DNA of 48,531 nt from a bacterium (GTDB lineage: Bacteria > Patescibacteriota > Minisyncoccia > Minisyncoccales > CG1-02-41-26): the NCBI GenBank assembly GCA_043802745.1, contig JAZDKU010000006.1, forward strand, positions 1 through 48,531, read 5' to 3'. This document shows, one piece after another, positions 40,761 to 48,531 of the stretch; the stretch's first letter is position 1; every line of letters begins with the position of its first letter. The notes under the pieces are model-generated. The model worked only from the letters and a program-made list of their open reading frames with translations. It searched no databases and was not told where the DNA came from. The translations under genes were made by a program, and so were the position numbers.

Positions 40761-41039
40761 TTATATTAAATAGACAAATGCGAGGGCAAAAGCAATCTGA
40801 AGTAAAGGTAATAAAAAAACTAGCCTAAAAAATAATTTGTCCTTTTTATCTAACTTTCTAAACCGCACTATAAAGGTAATAATGTAGGCAAGAAAAAATA
40901 GAATAGAAAAAACTATAAATGGCCAAAAGACCAAAATGAAAAATATGTCGTCGTACTGAATACCCCAAACAGTAAACCATAGACAAAAAGAAACTAACAA
41001 AAAAGTAATTACACTAAAAAATTTAAAAGAAATAATCAT
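40761..41039 (-). CDS. small integral membrane protein (92 aa)
   Basis: Three TM helices. The ATG lies 7 nt after the encoded CCA of tRNA-Thr. Confidence 0.45.
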   Translation of the reverse strand: MIISFKFFSVITFLLVSFCLWFTVWGIQYDDIFFILVFWPFIVFSILFFLAYIITFIVRFRKLDKKDKLFFRLVFLLPLLQIAFALAFVYLI

Positions 41040-41046
41040 ATATTAT

Positions 41047-41121
41047 TGGAGCCGAGAAGAGGAGTCGAACCCCCAACCTTCGCTTTACAAAAGCGTTGCT
41101 CTGCCATTGAGCTATCTCGGC
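41047..41121 (-). tRNA. tRNA-Thr (anticodon UGU), CCA encoded
   Basis: GCCGAGATAGCTCAATGGCAGAGCAACGCTTTTGTAAAGCGAAGGTTGGGGGTTCGACTCCTCTTCTCGGCTCCA has a perfect acceptor stem and a TTTGTAA anticodon loop. The T-stem has two G:U pairs. Confidence 0.8.
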
Positions 41122-41129
41122 AGAGCAAA

Positions 41130-41525
41130 TTACTCTGCTTTTTTCTTTCTGATTCTTATTTTTTTGATTAACGGAAATTTATGGGTTTCTACTTTTTGCC
41201 AGTAATCCCCTTCTTGATGAATTTTCTCTACTTTTTCTATTTCTTCTTGGGTATGAGTAATAATCCTGTTGGCAAAAATTGTTTTAAACCGCCCGCCTGT
41301 TTTTACCATTGCAACTCCTACAACCCCTACTCCCCTACTATGCAAAACCGCCTGGCCTATTTGAGTGGTTTTTTGCAGTAAATTATGCTTTATCGGCTGT
41401 GATGTTTCTAAGACCTGCTCGGCTTGCTCTGGTAAGCTTGCCAAAACAGAAATCTTTCTAAAAACCAAAAAACCTAAGCCAATAAAACTTGCGATAAAAA
41501 TTATTAAGGCAATTATGTTTGCCAT
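41130..41525 (-). CDS. membrane-anchored hypothetical protein (131 aa)
   Basis: N-terminal TM helix and a basic C-terminus. No motif recognised. Confidence 0.45.
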   Translation of the reverse strand: MANIIALIIFIASFIGLGFLVFRKISVLASLPEQAEQVLETSQPIKHNLLQKTTQIGQAVLHSRGVGVVGVAMVKTGGRFKTIFANRIITHTQEEIEKVEKIHQEGDYWQKVETHKFPLIKKIRIRKKKAE

Positions 41526-41527
41526 TG

Positions 41528-42112
41528 CTATATTTCAAAGCGGGCAAATTTGCCCACTGTTATGTTTTCGCCTATTTTAGCCCGCACTTCGGTGATTAAG
41601 TCCTGAATTGTTTTTGAAGTATCTTTTACCCAAGGCTGATTTAATAAAGAAACGTCTGTTTTATATTTCTTTACCCTGCCCTCAACGATTTGGTCAATAA
41701 TATTTTGAGGTTTATTGGCGCCTTCAAATTGCTTTAAACAAATTTTTATTTCAGTGTCTATAAGCTCTTGTGGGATATCTTCTGGCCTAACAAATAATGG
41801 CCTAGTGGCTGCCCCTTGCAAGGCAATCTCATGAGCTAGCTTTTTAAACTCATCGGATTTTGCCACAAAATCGCTTTCGCAAAGCAACTCAAGCATAACC
41901 CCAATTTTACCATTCATGTGAATATAAGCCTCAACAATACCTTTTGACATTGTTCGCTCGCTCCTGCCTTTAATCATTTCTTGGCCCTTTTCCCGCAAAA
42001 TTTCTTTGGCTCTTTTTATATCCCATTTGGATTCATCGAGCGCTTTTTTGCATTCCATCATAGAAATGCCTGTTTCCTCTCTTAGTTTTTTAAGTTCTTC
42101 AATATTTTCCAT
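41528..42112 (-). CDS. tsf: translation elongation factor Ts (short form)
   Basis: LKKLREETGISMMECKKALDES.WDIKRAKEILREKG is the N-terminal UBA-like domain, followed by the EF-Ts core. The start is set at MENIEEL (42112). Confidence 0.85.
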   Translation of the reverse strand: MENIEELKKLREETGISMMECKKALDESKWDIKRAKEILREKGQEMIKGRSERTMSKGIVEAYIHMNGKIGVMLELLCESDFVAKSDEFKKLAHEIALQGAATRPLFVRPEDIPQELIDTEIKICLKQFEGANKPQNIIDQIVEGRVKKYKTDVSLLNQPWVKDTSKTIQDLITEVRAKIGENITVGKFARFEI

Positions 42113-42124
42113 AAAATTTACTCG

Positions 42125-42170
42125 TTCCGACCCCACTCCTCGGCCCGCAAGCCGAGGGGTGGGGTCGGAA
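42125..42170 (-). repeat. GC-rich 20-bp-stem hairpin, copy 1
   Basis: ttccgaccccactcctcggc-ccgcaa-gccgaggggtggggtcggaa fills the rpsB-tsf spacer. It lies 3 nt after the rpsB stop and 12 nt before the tsf ATG. Confidence 0.8.
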
Positions 42171-42173
42171 ACA

Positions 42174-42908
42174 CTAAGTTTTCCATATTTCTTTCACTTT
42201 ATCTAAAATAAACTTCACTGAATTAATTGCGTCATCATTAGCTGGAATTGGATAATCAACCAGCAATGGATCAGCATTTGTATCGACAATAGCGATTGTT
42301 TTGATGCCTTTAACCCTTGCCTCTTTTAAGCATAGCTTGTCTTTTATTAAATCGCAAATAAACACAACGTCAGGCAGTTTTTCCATTTTTACCAATCCTT
42401 CAAATTTACTTCGCAAATCATTGAGCTCTTTTTCTTTATCAACCTGCTCTTTTTTGGTGTACTTTTCCCAAAGGCCTTCATTTTTTTGCTTTAATAAATC
42501 TTTATAATAATTTACTCTTTTAACAATAACAGAAAAATTAGTAAAAGTTCCCCCAAGCCATCGGTTGTTCACATAAGCAACATCAGCCTCATCAGCTATT
42601 TCTTTGACTAAATTAGCTAAAGGAATTTTTGTGCCGCAAATCAATATCGTACCCTTATTTTTTAGCAAACTCTCAAGATAATCCAAAGCAACTCTCAAAT
42701 GCCGGGCGGTTTGCTCTAAATCAACCACATGCACCGTATTTCTCACACCCATAACATAATCTTTCATTCTTGGGTGAAGCTTTGAGGTGCGATGGCCCAT
42801 GTGCATGCCTGTGGCCATCATTTCGTCAGTGTCAAAACCGTGAGTAGACACTGTGGGCTCCTCTAATTCTTCTATTTCATCAATTGTTTCATCTTTATGT
42901 TTTGCCAT
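42174..42908 (-). CDS. rpsB: 30S ribosomal protein S2
   Basis: GMHMGHRTSKLHPRMKDYV.GVRN.VHVVDLEQT, ILICGTK and VDTNADP form the S2 motif series, with an acidic N-terminal extension of about 30 aa. Confidence 0.9.
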   Translation of the reverse strand: MAKHKDETIDEIEELEEPTVSTHGFDTDEMMATGMHMGHRTSKLHPRMKDYVMGVRNTVHVVDLEQTARHLRVALDYLESLLKNKGTILICGTKIPLANLVKEIADEADVAYVNNRWLGGTFTNFSVIVKRVNYYKDLLKQKNEGLWEKYTKKEQVDKEKELNDLRSKFEGLVKMEKLPDVVFICDLIKDKLCLKEARVKGIKTIAIVDTNADPLLVDYPIPANDDAINSVKFILDKVKEIWKT

Positions 42909-42913
42909 GGAAA

Positions 42914-43162
42914 TTATTTATCCTTAGTTGCTTTCTTAACCTTTTTAGGCTTGGTTTCTACTTTTTTTGCCAATCTCTTTTTAAATTTATCTACTCGCCC
43001 AGCCGTGTCAATAACCTTTTCTTTGCCAGTATAAAAAGGATGGCATTTAAAACAAACTTCGGTTTCGATCATTTCCTTGGTTGAGCCAATTTCAAAATTC
43101 TGCCCGCAAGAGCAGTTAACCTTAGAGCTCGAATAATACTTAGGGTGTATATCTTTTTTCAT
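42914..43162 (-). CDS. rpmE: 50S ribosomal protein L31
   Basis: [10 protein letters not shown]...CSCG...[13 protein letters not shown], plus a Lys-rich tail. Confidence 0.9.
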   Translation of the reverse strand: MKKDIHPKYYSSSKVNCSCGQNFEIGSTKEMIETEVCFKCHPFYTGKEKVIDTAGRVDKFKKRLAKKVETKPKKVKKATKDK

Positions 43163-43186
43163 AAAACAAATTATTTTGGATGCCTG

Positions 43187-43225
43187 CCCCGTAGCGTCCC
43201 GAGTTTACGAGGGACTGCTATGGGG
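43187..43225. other. GC-rich hairpin in the divergent rpmE/prfA spacer
   Basis: ccccgtagcgtccc-gagtttacga-gggactgctatgggg, about 14 bp with one bulge and a G:U pair. Confidence 0.5.
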
Positions 43226-43292
43226 TATGTCTGCTTTCATATTTTCGTGTTATATTATAAAATAACATAAATAAAAAAAAAATACAAGCGCT

Positions 43293-44027
43293 ATGACAGA
43301 ATCAATAATTATAGAAATAAGAGCTGGAGCTGGGGGCGAAGAGGCCGCTATTTTTGCCCAGGACCTTTATAATATGTACGCAAAATATGCAAATTCTCAA
43401 AACTGGAAGCAAATGGTTTTGGATTCAAGCCCCACGGAAATCGGGGGCATTAAGCAAATAATTTTTGAAATTAAGGGCGAGGGCGTTTTGGCTAAATTAA
43501 AAAATGAAGGCGGGGTGCATAGAGTTCAACGAGTACCCAAGACGGAAAAAAGCAATCGCATTCACACCTCCACCGCCTCGGTGGCGGTGCTAGAAAAGCC
43601 AGCTGAATCAGATGTTAGCATTAACCCATCGGACTTAAAATTTGATTTCTTTAAGGCTTCAGGAGCCGGGGGCCAAAATGTTAATAAACGCCAAACCGCT
43701 ATTAGAATAACCCATGTGCCAACTGGCCTAATAGTGGCCTCACAAGTTGAACGAGGGCTTGAGGAAAACAGAAGAGCCGCCATGTTGATTTTGCAAGCCA
43801 AGCTTTTTGAACAACAAAGATTAAAAGCCGACAGCGCTCTTACTCAAGAAAGGCGAGCGCAAATTGGCACAGGAGACCGCTCAGAAAAAATTCGCACCTA
43901 TAATTTCCCACAAGACAGAATAACCGACCATAGAGCTGAAAAGTCTTGGCACAATATTGAAAAAATAATGAACGGCCACCTCGAAAAAATCACCGACTAT
44001 TTGCAAGAAAACTTAAAAGTCGAGTAA
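43293..44027 (+). CDS. prfA: class-I peptide chain release factor, RF1-type (PxT = PKT), lacking N-terminal domain 1
   Basis: IEIRAGAGGEEAAIFA, GGVHRVQRVPKTEKSNRIHTSTASVAVL, SGAGGQNVNK (GGQ) and RTYNFPQDRITDHR are present. The alignment starts at about residue 105 of E. coli RF1. An in-frame TAA at 43272-43274 precludes any upstream extension. Confidence 0.75.
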   Translation: MTESIIIEIRAGAGGEEAAIFAQDLYNMYAKYANSQNWKQMVLDSSPTEIGGIKQIIFEIKGEGVLAKLKNEGGVHRVQRVPKTEKSNRIHTSTASVAVLEKPAESDVSINPSDLKFDFFKASGAGGQNVNKRQTAIRITHVPTGLIVASQVERGLEENRRAAMLILQAKLFEQQRLKADSALTQERRAQIGTGDRSEKIRTYNFPQDRITDHRAEKSWHNIEKIMNGHLEKITDYLQENLKVE

Positions 44028-44049
44028 AGTTAAAAATAAACAAAAAATA

Positions 44050-44754
44050 ATGCAAAAAACTTTAATTATAGTTCTGCTCGTAGCCGTAATAGCTTTAGCT
44101 GGAGTTATAGTTTATCAAAAACTAACTCCAACAGAAACAACTCCGATAGTCGTCAACCAACCCGTCGCAAATCAGCCCGTTGCCAACCAACCCGAAACTA
44201 ATCAACCAAAAATTAATTGTCTTAAAGAGGGCGAGATGGGAGTGGACTCAACGCCACCCCTTGGTTGTTGTTCTGGGCTAAAATTTATTCCGGTTGATGT
44301 TGCCTGGAACGATGACTCTATTGATGAATCCTGTAAAAAACGTGCTTTAAATGAAGCGCAAGCTATTATTTGCACTGCTTGTGGCAATGGCGTTTGTGGC
44401 ACAGGAGAAAACCAATGCAACTGCCCCGCGGATTGCAAAACGGTTACTATTAAAGTAGCAATTGACGCTAAAACATTTGATCTTGCTAATAAATTTTTCA
44501 ATGCAAGATATATTGATAATAAAAATAACATAGTTGTTAGGTATACCGAATCTACAAAATTTTATAGCATAACTGGTGGCATGTCTGGCATGGAAACTCT
44601 ACCCTCTGTTACAGCTAATGATTTTTACTCTAATTTAGACAAATTTCTTTCGCCAAATAATTGGATTACGGGTCTTGGAGGATTTACAGTTATTGGTATT
44701 ATGGAAAAAGAAAATATCATAAAAGCCGAAGAAGTGTTTTACCTTGTTCAATAA
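44050..44754 (+). CDS. secreted Cys-rich protein with a tandem NQP(V/E)A repeat
   Basis: Signal anchor, then VNQPVANQPVANQPETNQPK (15-nt tandem repeats around 44155-44210), then a Cys-rich block (CTACGNGVCGTGENQCNCPADC). Confidence 0.6.
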   Translation: MQKTLIIVLLVAVIALAGVIVYQKLTPTETTPIVVNQPVANQPVANQPETNQPKINCLKEGEMGVDSTPPLGCCSGLKFIPVDVAWNDDSIDESCKKRALNEAQAIICTACGNGVCGTGENQCNCPADCKTVTIKVAIDAKTFDLANKFFNARYIDNKNNIVVRYTESTKFYSITGGMSGMETLPSVTANDFYSNLDKFLSPNNWITGLGGFTVIGIMEKENIIKAEEVFYLVQ

Positions 44755-44770
44755 ATTCTTTTCGACAAAC

Positions 44771-44800
44771 AAAAAATCTCTTGTAAAAAAGAGGTTTTTT
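44771..44800. terminator. bidirectional terminator between convergent genes
   Basis: AAAAAATCTCTT-GTAAAA-AAGAGGTTTTTT forms a stem flanked by an A-run and a T-run. Confidence 0.6.
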
Positions 44801-44823
44801 GTTTAGAAGATAAAAATATTAAA

Positions 44824-46278
44824 TTAGAATATTAAGTCTTGGCAGGAGTCGCTCATAGAGCCGTTGTCGATGTAGCCCTGCATGCATTCGGCTGCCTTCA
44901 TCACTGGCACACCATAATTTTTTCTAGCAAAAGAAGAAGTAGTGCCACTGAAATATCTCTGGGCTGCAATAATTTCTTTTTCATATGTTTTAGCTCCAGC
45001 TCCATTATCCTTAAGCAAAAGAGCGTTAGCTAAAAAAGCATCTCTAACATTCCAAGGATTAGCTGGAGCGCTTCCTGAAGCTTGGGCTATTTTATCAGCA
45101 TACTTCGCCCAAGTCGAAGGTATAAATTGAGCTGGGCCCATAGCTCCTCCCCAGCCAATATACTCTCCCCCTGAAATCATGCAGCAAGAAACTGGCGTAG
45201 AAAAAGCGTCTGTTTTTAATTTGCCTGCTTTGCTTAGACTAGTCACTAAGTCTAAAAACTTTGGCACATCTCTGCTTGGGCTCATTGTTTTTAAAGCTTT
45301 GTTGCCTGATTTTATATAAATTCCCTCGCCCGTGGCTGTATCTTTTAAAAAGCACCCTCCCTGCACCTTGCCAATTCTTGTTTCTTGCCACAAAATACCC
45401 AGAGAAAACGCGGCCCTTATACCAGTTTGGCTGGCTATGGTTTTAGCTAAAGCTACTGCATCCTCAAATTTAATGCCTCCGTCAGGTACTTCTAATAATT
45501 GAAAAAGCATACTGCCGATTTTGCTGGCCTTATCTTTAGCATCTTTTTGCTCGGCGAGATATTTTTGGTATTCTTTTTCGGTCATCTTCAAAAAGTCTTC
45601 CTGCTTTGTTTTTTGCTTGGCAGAATCGCTTTTTTGTAAATTCTGTAAAGCAATCGTGCTTTCTAGGGCTTTTTTCTCTCCGTCCATGGCTGATTTTTGG
45701 GTTTCAAGATTTGTTTTTAAGCCTTTTATTTCCCCTAATAAATCTTGAATACTCATATTTAAATTTTCCAAAGCTACTAAATTATCAAAAAAAGCCGAGA
45801 GCGATTTTTCGCCAAGCAAAACCTCCACCACTGATTTGTGGTCTTCTTCATATCTTAATTGCAAAGTTAAAGCTAACCTTTCTTGATTAGTTAAAATCTG
45901 GCCTTGGGTTTGATTAATAGATTTTTCTGTGCTTTTTATTTGAAAGCTCAAATCCTTAACCATTATATTTGACTGGGAAATTTTATAATCAAGACTTTTA
46001 ATCTTGCTTTTTAAAGTGGCTATTTCATTGGATAAAGTTTTTTTATCGCCAGCTGTTTTTTTAATATCTCCTTCTAATTGAGTGCTTTTTTCTTCGTAAT
46101 ATACTTTGCATTTTTCCAACAAGGCCTGGAATTGCTCTTTTGGCAACGATTTTTCGCCCTGCTCAATCTTTTCCCAAGCGCATTCGCCATCATCTTGGGC
46201 TGACACACCTAACCCTAAAATAAAAAAACTCGCCAAAATAGCGATAATAAAAAATACTTTTTTATTAAATAAAAACAT
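44824..46278 (-). CDS. membrane-anchored coiled-coil protein with a C-terminal lytic transglycosylase (SLT_2/MltB-like) domain
   Basis: The start is set at MFLFNKKVFFIIAIL (46278), 4 nt after the L25 stop. A long heptad-rich middle region is followed by GILWQETR and GAMGPAQFIPSTWAKY...NPWNVRDAFLANALLL. Confidence 0.7.
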   Translation of the reverse strand: MFLFNKKVFFIIAILASFFILGLGVSAQDDGECAWEKIEQGEKSLPKEQFQALLEKCKVYYEEKSTQLEGDIKKTAGDKKTLSNEIATLKSKIKSLDYKISQSNIMVKDLSFQIKSTEKSINQTQGQILTNQERLALTLQLRYEEDHKSVVEVLLGEKSLSAFFDNLVALENLNMSIQDLLGEIKGLKTNLETQKSAMDGEKKALESTIALQNLQKSDSAKQKTKQEDFLKMTEKEYQKYLAEQKDAKDKASKIGSMLFQLLEVPDGGIKFEDAVALAKTIASQTGIRAAFSLGILWQETRIGKVQGGCFLKDTATGEGIYIKSGNKALKTMSPSRDVPKFLDLVTSLSKAGKLKTDAFSTPVSCCMISGGEYIGWGGAMGPAQFIPSTWAKYADKIAQASGSAPANPWNVRDAFLANALLLKDNGAGAKTYEKEIIAAQRYFSGTTSSFARKNYGVPVMKAAECMQGYIDNGSMSDSCQDLIF

Positions 46279-46282
46279 AAAA

Positions 46283-46930
46283 TTACTTTTCTTCTTTTTC
46301 TTCGTCTTTCTTTTCCTCCAAATTTTCCACGCTCGTTCCGTCCTCACCCCCTTCTACTTCTGGTGCTTTCATCTCTTTTTCCTCTCTTGGCAAGGCCACG
46401 TGAGCCACAATATCATCTGGATGATGGCCAACAACCTCTATAGCGCTTGGCAAAGTTAAATCTTTAACCAAAACTCTATCTTCTAAAGTTTTTAGAACAG
46501 AAATATCAATAATTATTTCTTTTGGCAAATCCTTGGCTAGGCCCTTAACTTTAATTTCTTTTAATTCTTTTATTAAAATACCACCACCCGTCTTAACAGC
46601 CTCTGATTCGCCCTCAAAAACCAGCTCAATTTCAGCCTCAATCTTTTTCTTGCTTGAAGGGTGGAAAAAATCAATATGGATAATTTTGCCACTAACCATA
46701 TCTTTGGAAATTTGATGGAGCAAAACATCTGTTTTTTTGCCATCAATGTCCAAAGCAATAATTGAAGTTTCGCCTGCGTCTTTTAAAGTTTTTTCTAACT
46801 CTTTTTGGCTAACTTTTACTAAAGCATTTTTTATGCCTTCCCCATACAAAACTCCAGGCAAAACTCCGGCTTTGCGAAGCACCTCATTTTTCTCTTTTTT
46901 ACCTCTAATTGTAGCGGTTAGTGAAGTCAT
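46283..46930 (-). CDS. rplY: 50S ribosomal protein L25 / general stress protein Ctc
   Basis: LTATIRGKKEKNEVLRKAGVLPGVLYG is the N-terminus, followed by a two-domain Ctc form and an acidic tail. Confidence 0.85.
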   Translation of the reverse strand: MTSLTATIRGKKEKNEVLRKAGVLPGVLYGEGIKNALVKVSQKELEKTLKDAGETSIIALDIDGKKTDVLLHQISKDMVSGKIIHIDFFHPSSKKKIEAEIELVFEGESEAVKTGGGILIKELKEIKVKGLAKDLPKEIIIDISVLKTLEDRVLVKDLTLPSAIEVVGHHPDDIVAHVALPREEKEMKAPEVEGGEDGTSVENLEEKKDEEKEEK

Positions 46931-46938
46931 AAAGTTAG

Positions 46939-46982
46939 TCCGACCCCGCCCCTCTGCTTGCGGGCAGAGGAGTGGGGTCGGA
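46939..46982 (-). repeat. GC-rich 19-bp-stem hairpin, copy 2 (inverted relative to copy 1)
   Basis: tccgaccccgcccctctgc-ttgcgg-gcagaggagtggggtcgga. It lies 6 nt after the ferredoxin stop and 8 nt before the rplY ATG. Confidence 0.8.
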
Positions 46983-46988
46983 TTTGTG

Positions 46989-47198
46989 TTAATTGTTAAT
47001 TGTTATGCATTGCGTTGGGCAAGTGTCTGCTGCCAATTGAGCGCAACCAATTTCTTTAATTTCTAATTCCTGGCCATCAGGAGATCCTACTAAGGTTGTC
47101 TTGTTTTCATCTCCAACCCCAAAAAATCTACCGCACAAAGCCCAGCAAGTTCCACAACCAATACATTTTGATTTGTCTAATAATATTTTCATACTCAA
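46989..47198 (-). CDS. small ferredoxin (single 4Fe-4S cluster type)
   Basis: CIGCGTCWALC plus a distal C...CP. 69 aa. Confidence 0.65.
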   Translation of the reverse strand: MSMKILLDKSKCIGCGTCWALCGRFFGVGDENKTTLVGSPDGQELEIKEIGCAQLAADTCPTQCITINN

Positions 47199-48148
47199 TA
47201 CGCTCTTTCTTTAGTGATGTCAATTTTTGGCAAAATCTTCAGCTCTGAACTACCCAGCAATCCAATTTTTGCCCCCTTTTGGCTGATGTTCTTAGCTGAA
47301 TTAAGCATAGCCAATTGAATAGCATATTCTATATTATTTTCTTTTAAAAGTCCACCCATAAACCCACTAGCAAAGCTGTCCCCTGCTCCAGTTTTGTCTA
47401 CTTCAACCACCTTATAAATCCCAGCTTTATAAAAATATTCGCCATCAAAAACCAAACAGCCCTTTTCGCCTTGAGTAATAACAATAGTACCCGAGCAAAA
47501 ATTGCGGATTGTTTTGGCTATTTCTTCTATTGAGCTTTCTGGCTTTTTCGCTAAAATGCCGGCTTCTTCTTTATTTAAAAACAAAATATCAACCTTACTT
47601 AGAGCTTCTTGAAAAGATTGTTCGCTTTTTTCTATTTGCTCAATACTTGGATTAACCGCAATTTTTATGTCATTTTTTTTAGCAAAATCAATAAACCCAA
47701 AAAAAAGCTCGGCTGTTTTTTCATAAAATGGCGCTAAATAAAACCACTTGGCTTTTTGAATCTTTTTTAAGTTTAATTCTGATTCTAATAAAAAGTGGCA
47801 TGCGCCTTTATAAATTAAAATTGTTCGGTCTTTTCCAGATGAAAGAACATAAGAAACAGCTGTAGGCATGGCTTTATCTTTTAAACAAAGACTTGTGTTT
47901 ACTTTGAACCTTTTTAAATCAGCTAAAGCAAACTCTCCAGATAAATCATTGCCCACTTTCCCGCAATAAGCTGTTTTAAAGCCTAAATTTGCCAGGCCGC
48001 AAGCAACATTTGTGGCTCCGCCTCCGGTAAAATATTGCACTTCATCAATTAAAATTTTAGCTCCCGATGATTGGCAAAGACTTTTACCTTCGGGCAGTTC
48101 TAAAAATATATCTTGAGTGGCTGAGCCAAATGTAATTACATCAAACAT
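47195..48148 (-). CDS. PfkB-family carbohydrate/nucleoside kinase (ribokinase-like)
   Basis: N-terminal GGGATNVA and C-terminal DKTGAGDSFASGF (the PfkB signature). Confidence 0.8.
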   Translation of the reverse strand: MFDVITFGSATQDIFLELPEGKSLCQSSGAKILIDEVQYFTGGGATNVACGLANLGFKTAYCGKVGNDLSGEFALADLKRFKVNTSLCLKDKAMPTAVSYVLSSGKDRTILIYKGACHFLLESELNLKKIQKAKWFYLAPFYEKTAELFFGFIDFAKKNDIKIAVNPSIEQIEKSEQSFQEALSKVDILFLNKEEAGILAKKPESSIEEIAKTIRNFCSGTIVITQGEKGCLVFDGEYFYKAGIYKVVEVDKTGAGDSFASGFMGGLLKENNIEYAIQLAMLNSAKNISQKGAKIGLLGSSELKILPKIDITKERAY

Positions 48149-48386
48149 TTTGTTTTTCTGTTTTAATTAATTGAACGCCGATTGAACTAATTTTTCCGCA
48201 GGCCAAAATTAATATAGCCATAAAGATTGACCAGGCAGTTAAATTTAAAATTTTATTCATTGATTCAGCCGACATTAAATTACCTAGCTGGCTTTGCATT
48301 AAAGCATTTATTTGGCTTTGCATTTGCTGGTCAGCGCCAGATATTTTTGGCAATTCAATTTTAGCATTTGGGGTAGTTTTAAACAA
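48141..48386 (-). CDS. small membrane protein (81 aa or shorter)
   Basis: One TM helix (WSIFMAILILACG). The 5' part overlaps the transposase-fragment frame, so a later ATG may be the true start. Confidence 0.3.
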   Translation of the reverse strand: MFKTTPNAKIELPKISGADQQMQSQINALMQSQLGNLMSAESMNKILNLTAWSIFMAILILACGKISSIGVQLIKTEKQNV

Positions 48387-48531
48387 ATCTGTGTATAATG
48401 CAACCCAATTTTGGACTCTTCGGACATTTTAAATATTGTTTGCGACTGTTGCCAATTCATAATGAATTGTATCGGAGAAAGTTTGTTTTGGAAAGCGTGA
48501 TGAACCCTTAAAGTATTGTAGAAAATCAAGT
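48308..48531 (-). CDS. C-terminal fragment of a DDE (rve/integrase-core) transposase, continuing beyond the right edge
   Basis: FYNTLRVHHAFQNKLSPIQF resembles the conserved FYN..RPH.aL....P..f end of the rve domain. The frame is open at the window edge. Confidence 0.45.
   Translation of the reverse strand, partial: LIFYNTLRVHHAFQNKLSPIQFIMNWQQSQTIFKMSEESKIGLHYTQICLKLPQMLKLNCQKYLALTSKCKAK

Noticed and set aside
46279-46347. N-terminal extension MRTERAWKIWRKRKTKKKKKSNF of ORF 44824..46347
   Set aside because: It overlaps the 3' end of the L25 gene in another frame. The ATG at 46278 gives a normal signal-anchor N-terminus.

Overview
This is an AT-rich, very compact 48.5-kb segment. All but about three genes lie on the minus strand, and many neighbouring genes overlap by 4-30 nt. 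The 16S rRNA gene points to a Candidate Phyla Radiation (Patescibacteria)-type bacterium: it carries two homing-endonuclease-bearing insertions, mismatches in universal primer sites and an altered 3' tail. The abundance of small membrane or secreted hypothetical proteins fits the same picture. The standard genetic code applies, since TGA is used as a stop and long ORFs are intact.

Layout:
- 0.2-8.6 kb: miscellaneous small enzymes and envelope proteins (MliC-like, DUF3795, flavin reductase-like, YdeN-like hydrolase, CYTH, YwbE, TspO, YgjP-like, cupin, LD-carboxypeptidase).
- 8.6-23.1 kb: a mosaic accessory/defence island. It holds two DUF5661-like paralogues plus a remnant, a HIT-RhuM/Doc-MazG operon, Type III Mod/Res with an antisense ORF wedged between them, a ClpP-fold SDH-type protease with a small protein and a membrane protein, GrpB, AbiEi/AbiEii, a second MazG and DUF3800. 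All of this is stitched together by duplicated gene-end fragments.
- 23.3-33.5 kb: envelope and secreted proteins (a 904-aa protein ending in FKBP, GerMN/Gmad2, a YncE-like beta-propeller, SPFH, a bPH_2 pair).
- 33.5-37.1 kb: tRNA-Ala, tRNA-Ile and the split 16S gene, with no 23S.
- 37.2-48.5 kb: a WYL-HD-CYTH-ExoIII operon, tRNA-Thr, tsf, rpsB, rpmE, a domain-1-less RF1, a lytic transglycosylase, L25/Ctc, a ferredoxin, a PfkB kinase and a transposase fragment at the right edge.

Most notable observations:
- A conserved hairpin with covarying stems abuts two start codons and the 5' end of tRNA-Ile.
- GC-rich hairpins fill the spacers just upstream of tsf and rplY.
- The 16S tail lacks the CCUCC anti-Shine-Dalgarno core.
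- A MazG 3' tail module is shared in frame by three unrelated genes, and a MazG 5' module is duplicated around a DUF3800 cassette.
- There are several candidate multi-gene defence or signalling modules.

All functional calls rest on motif recognition by eye. No database search was run.
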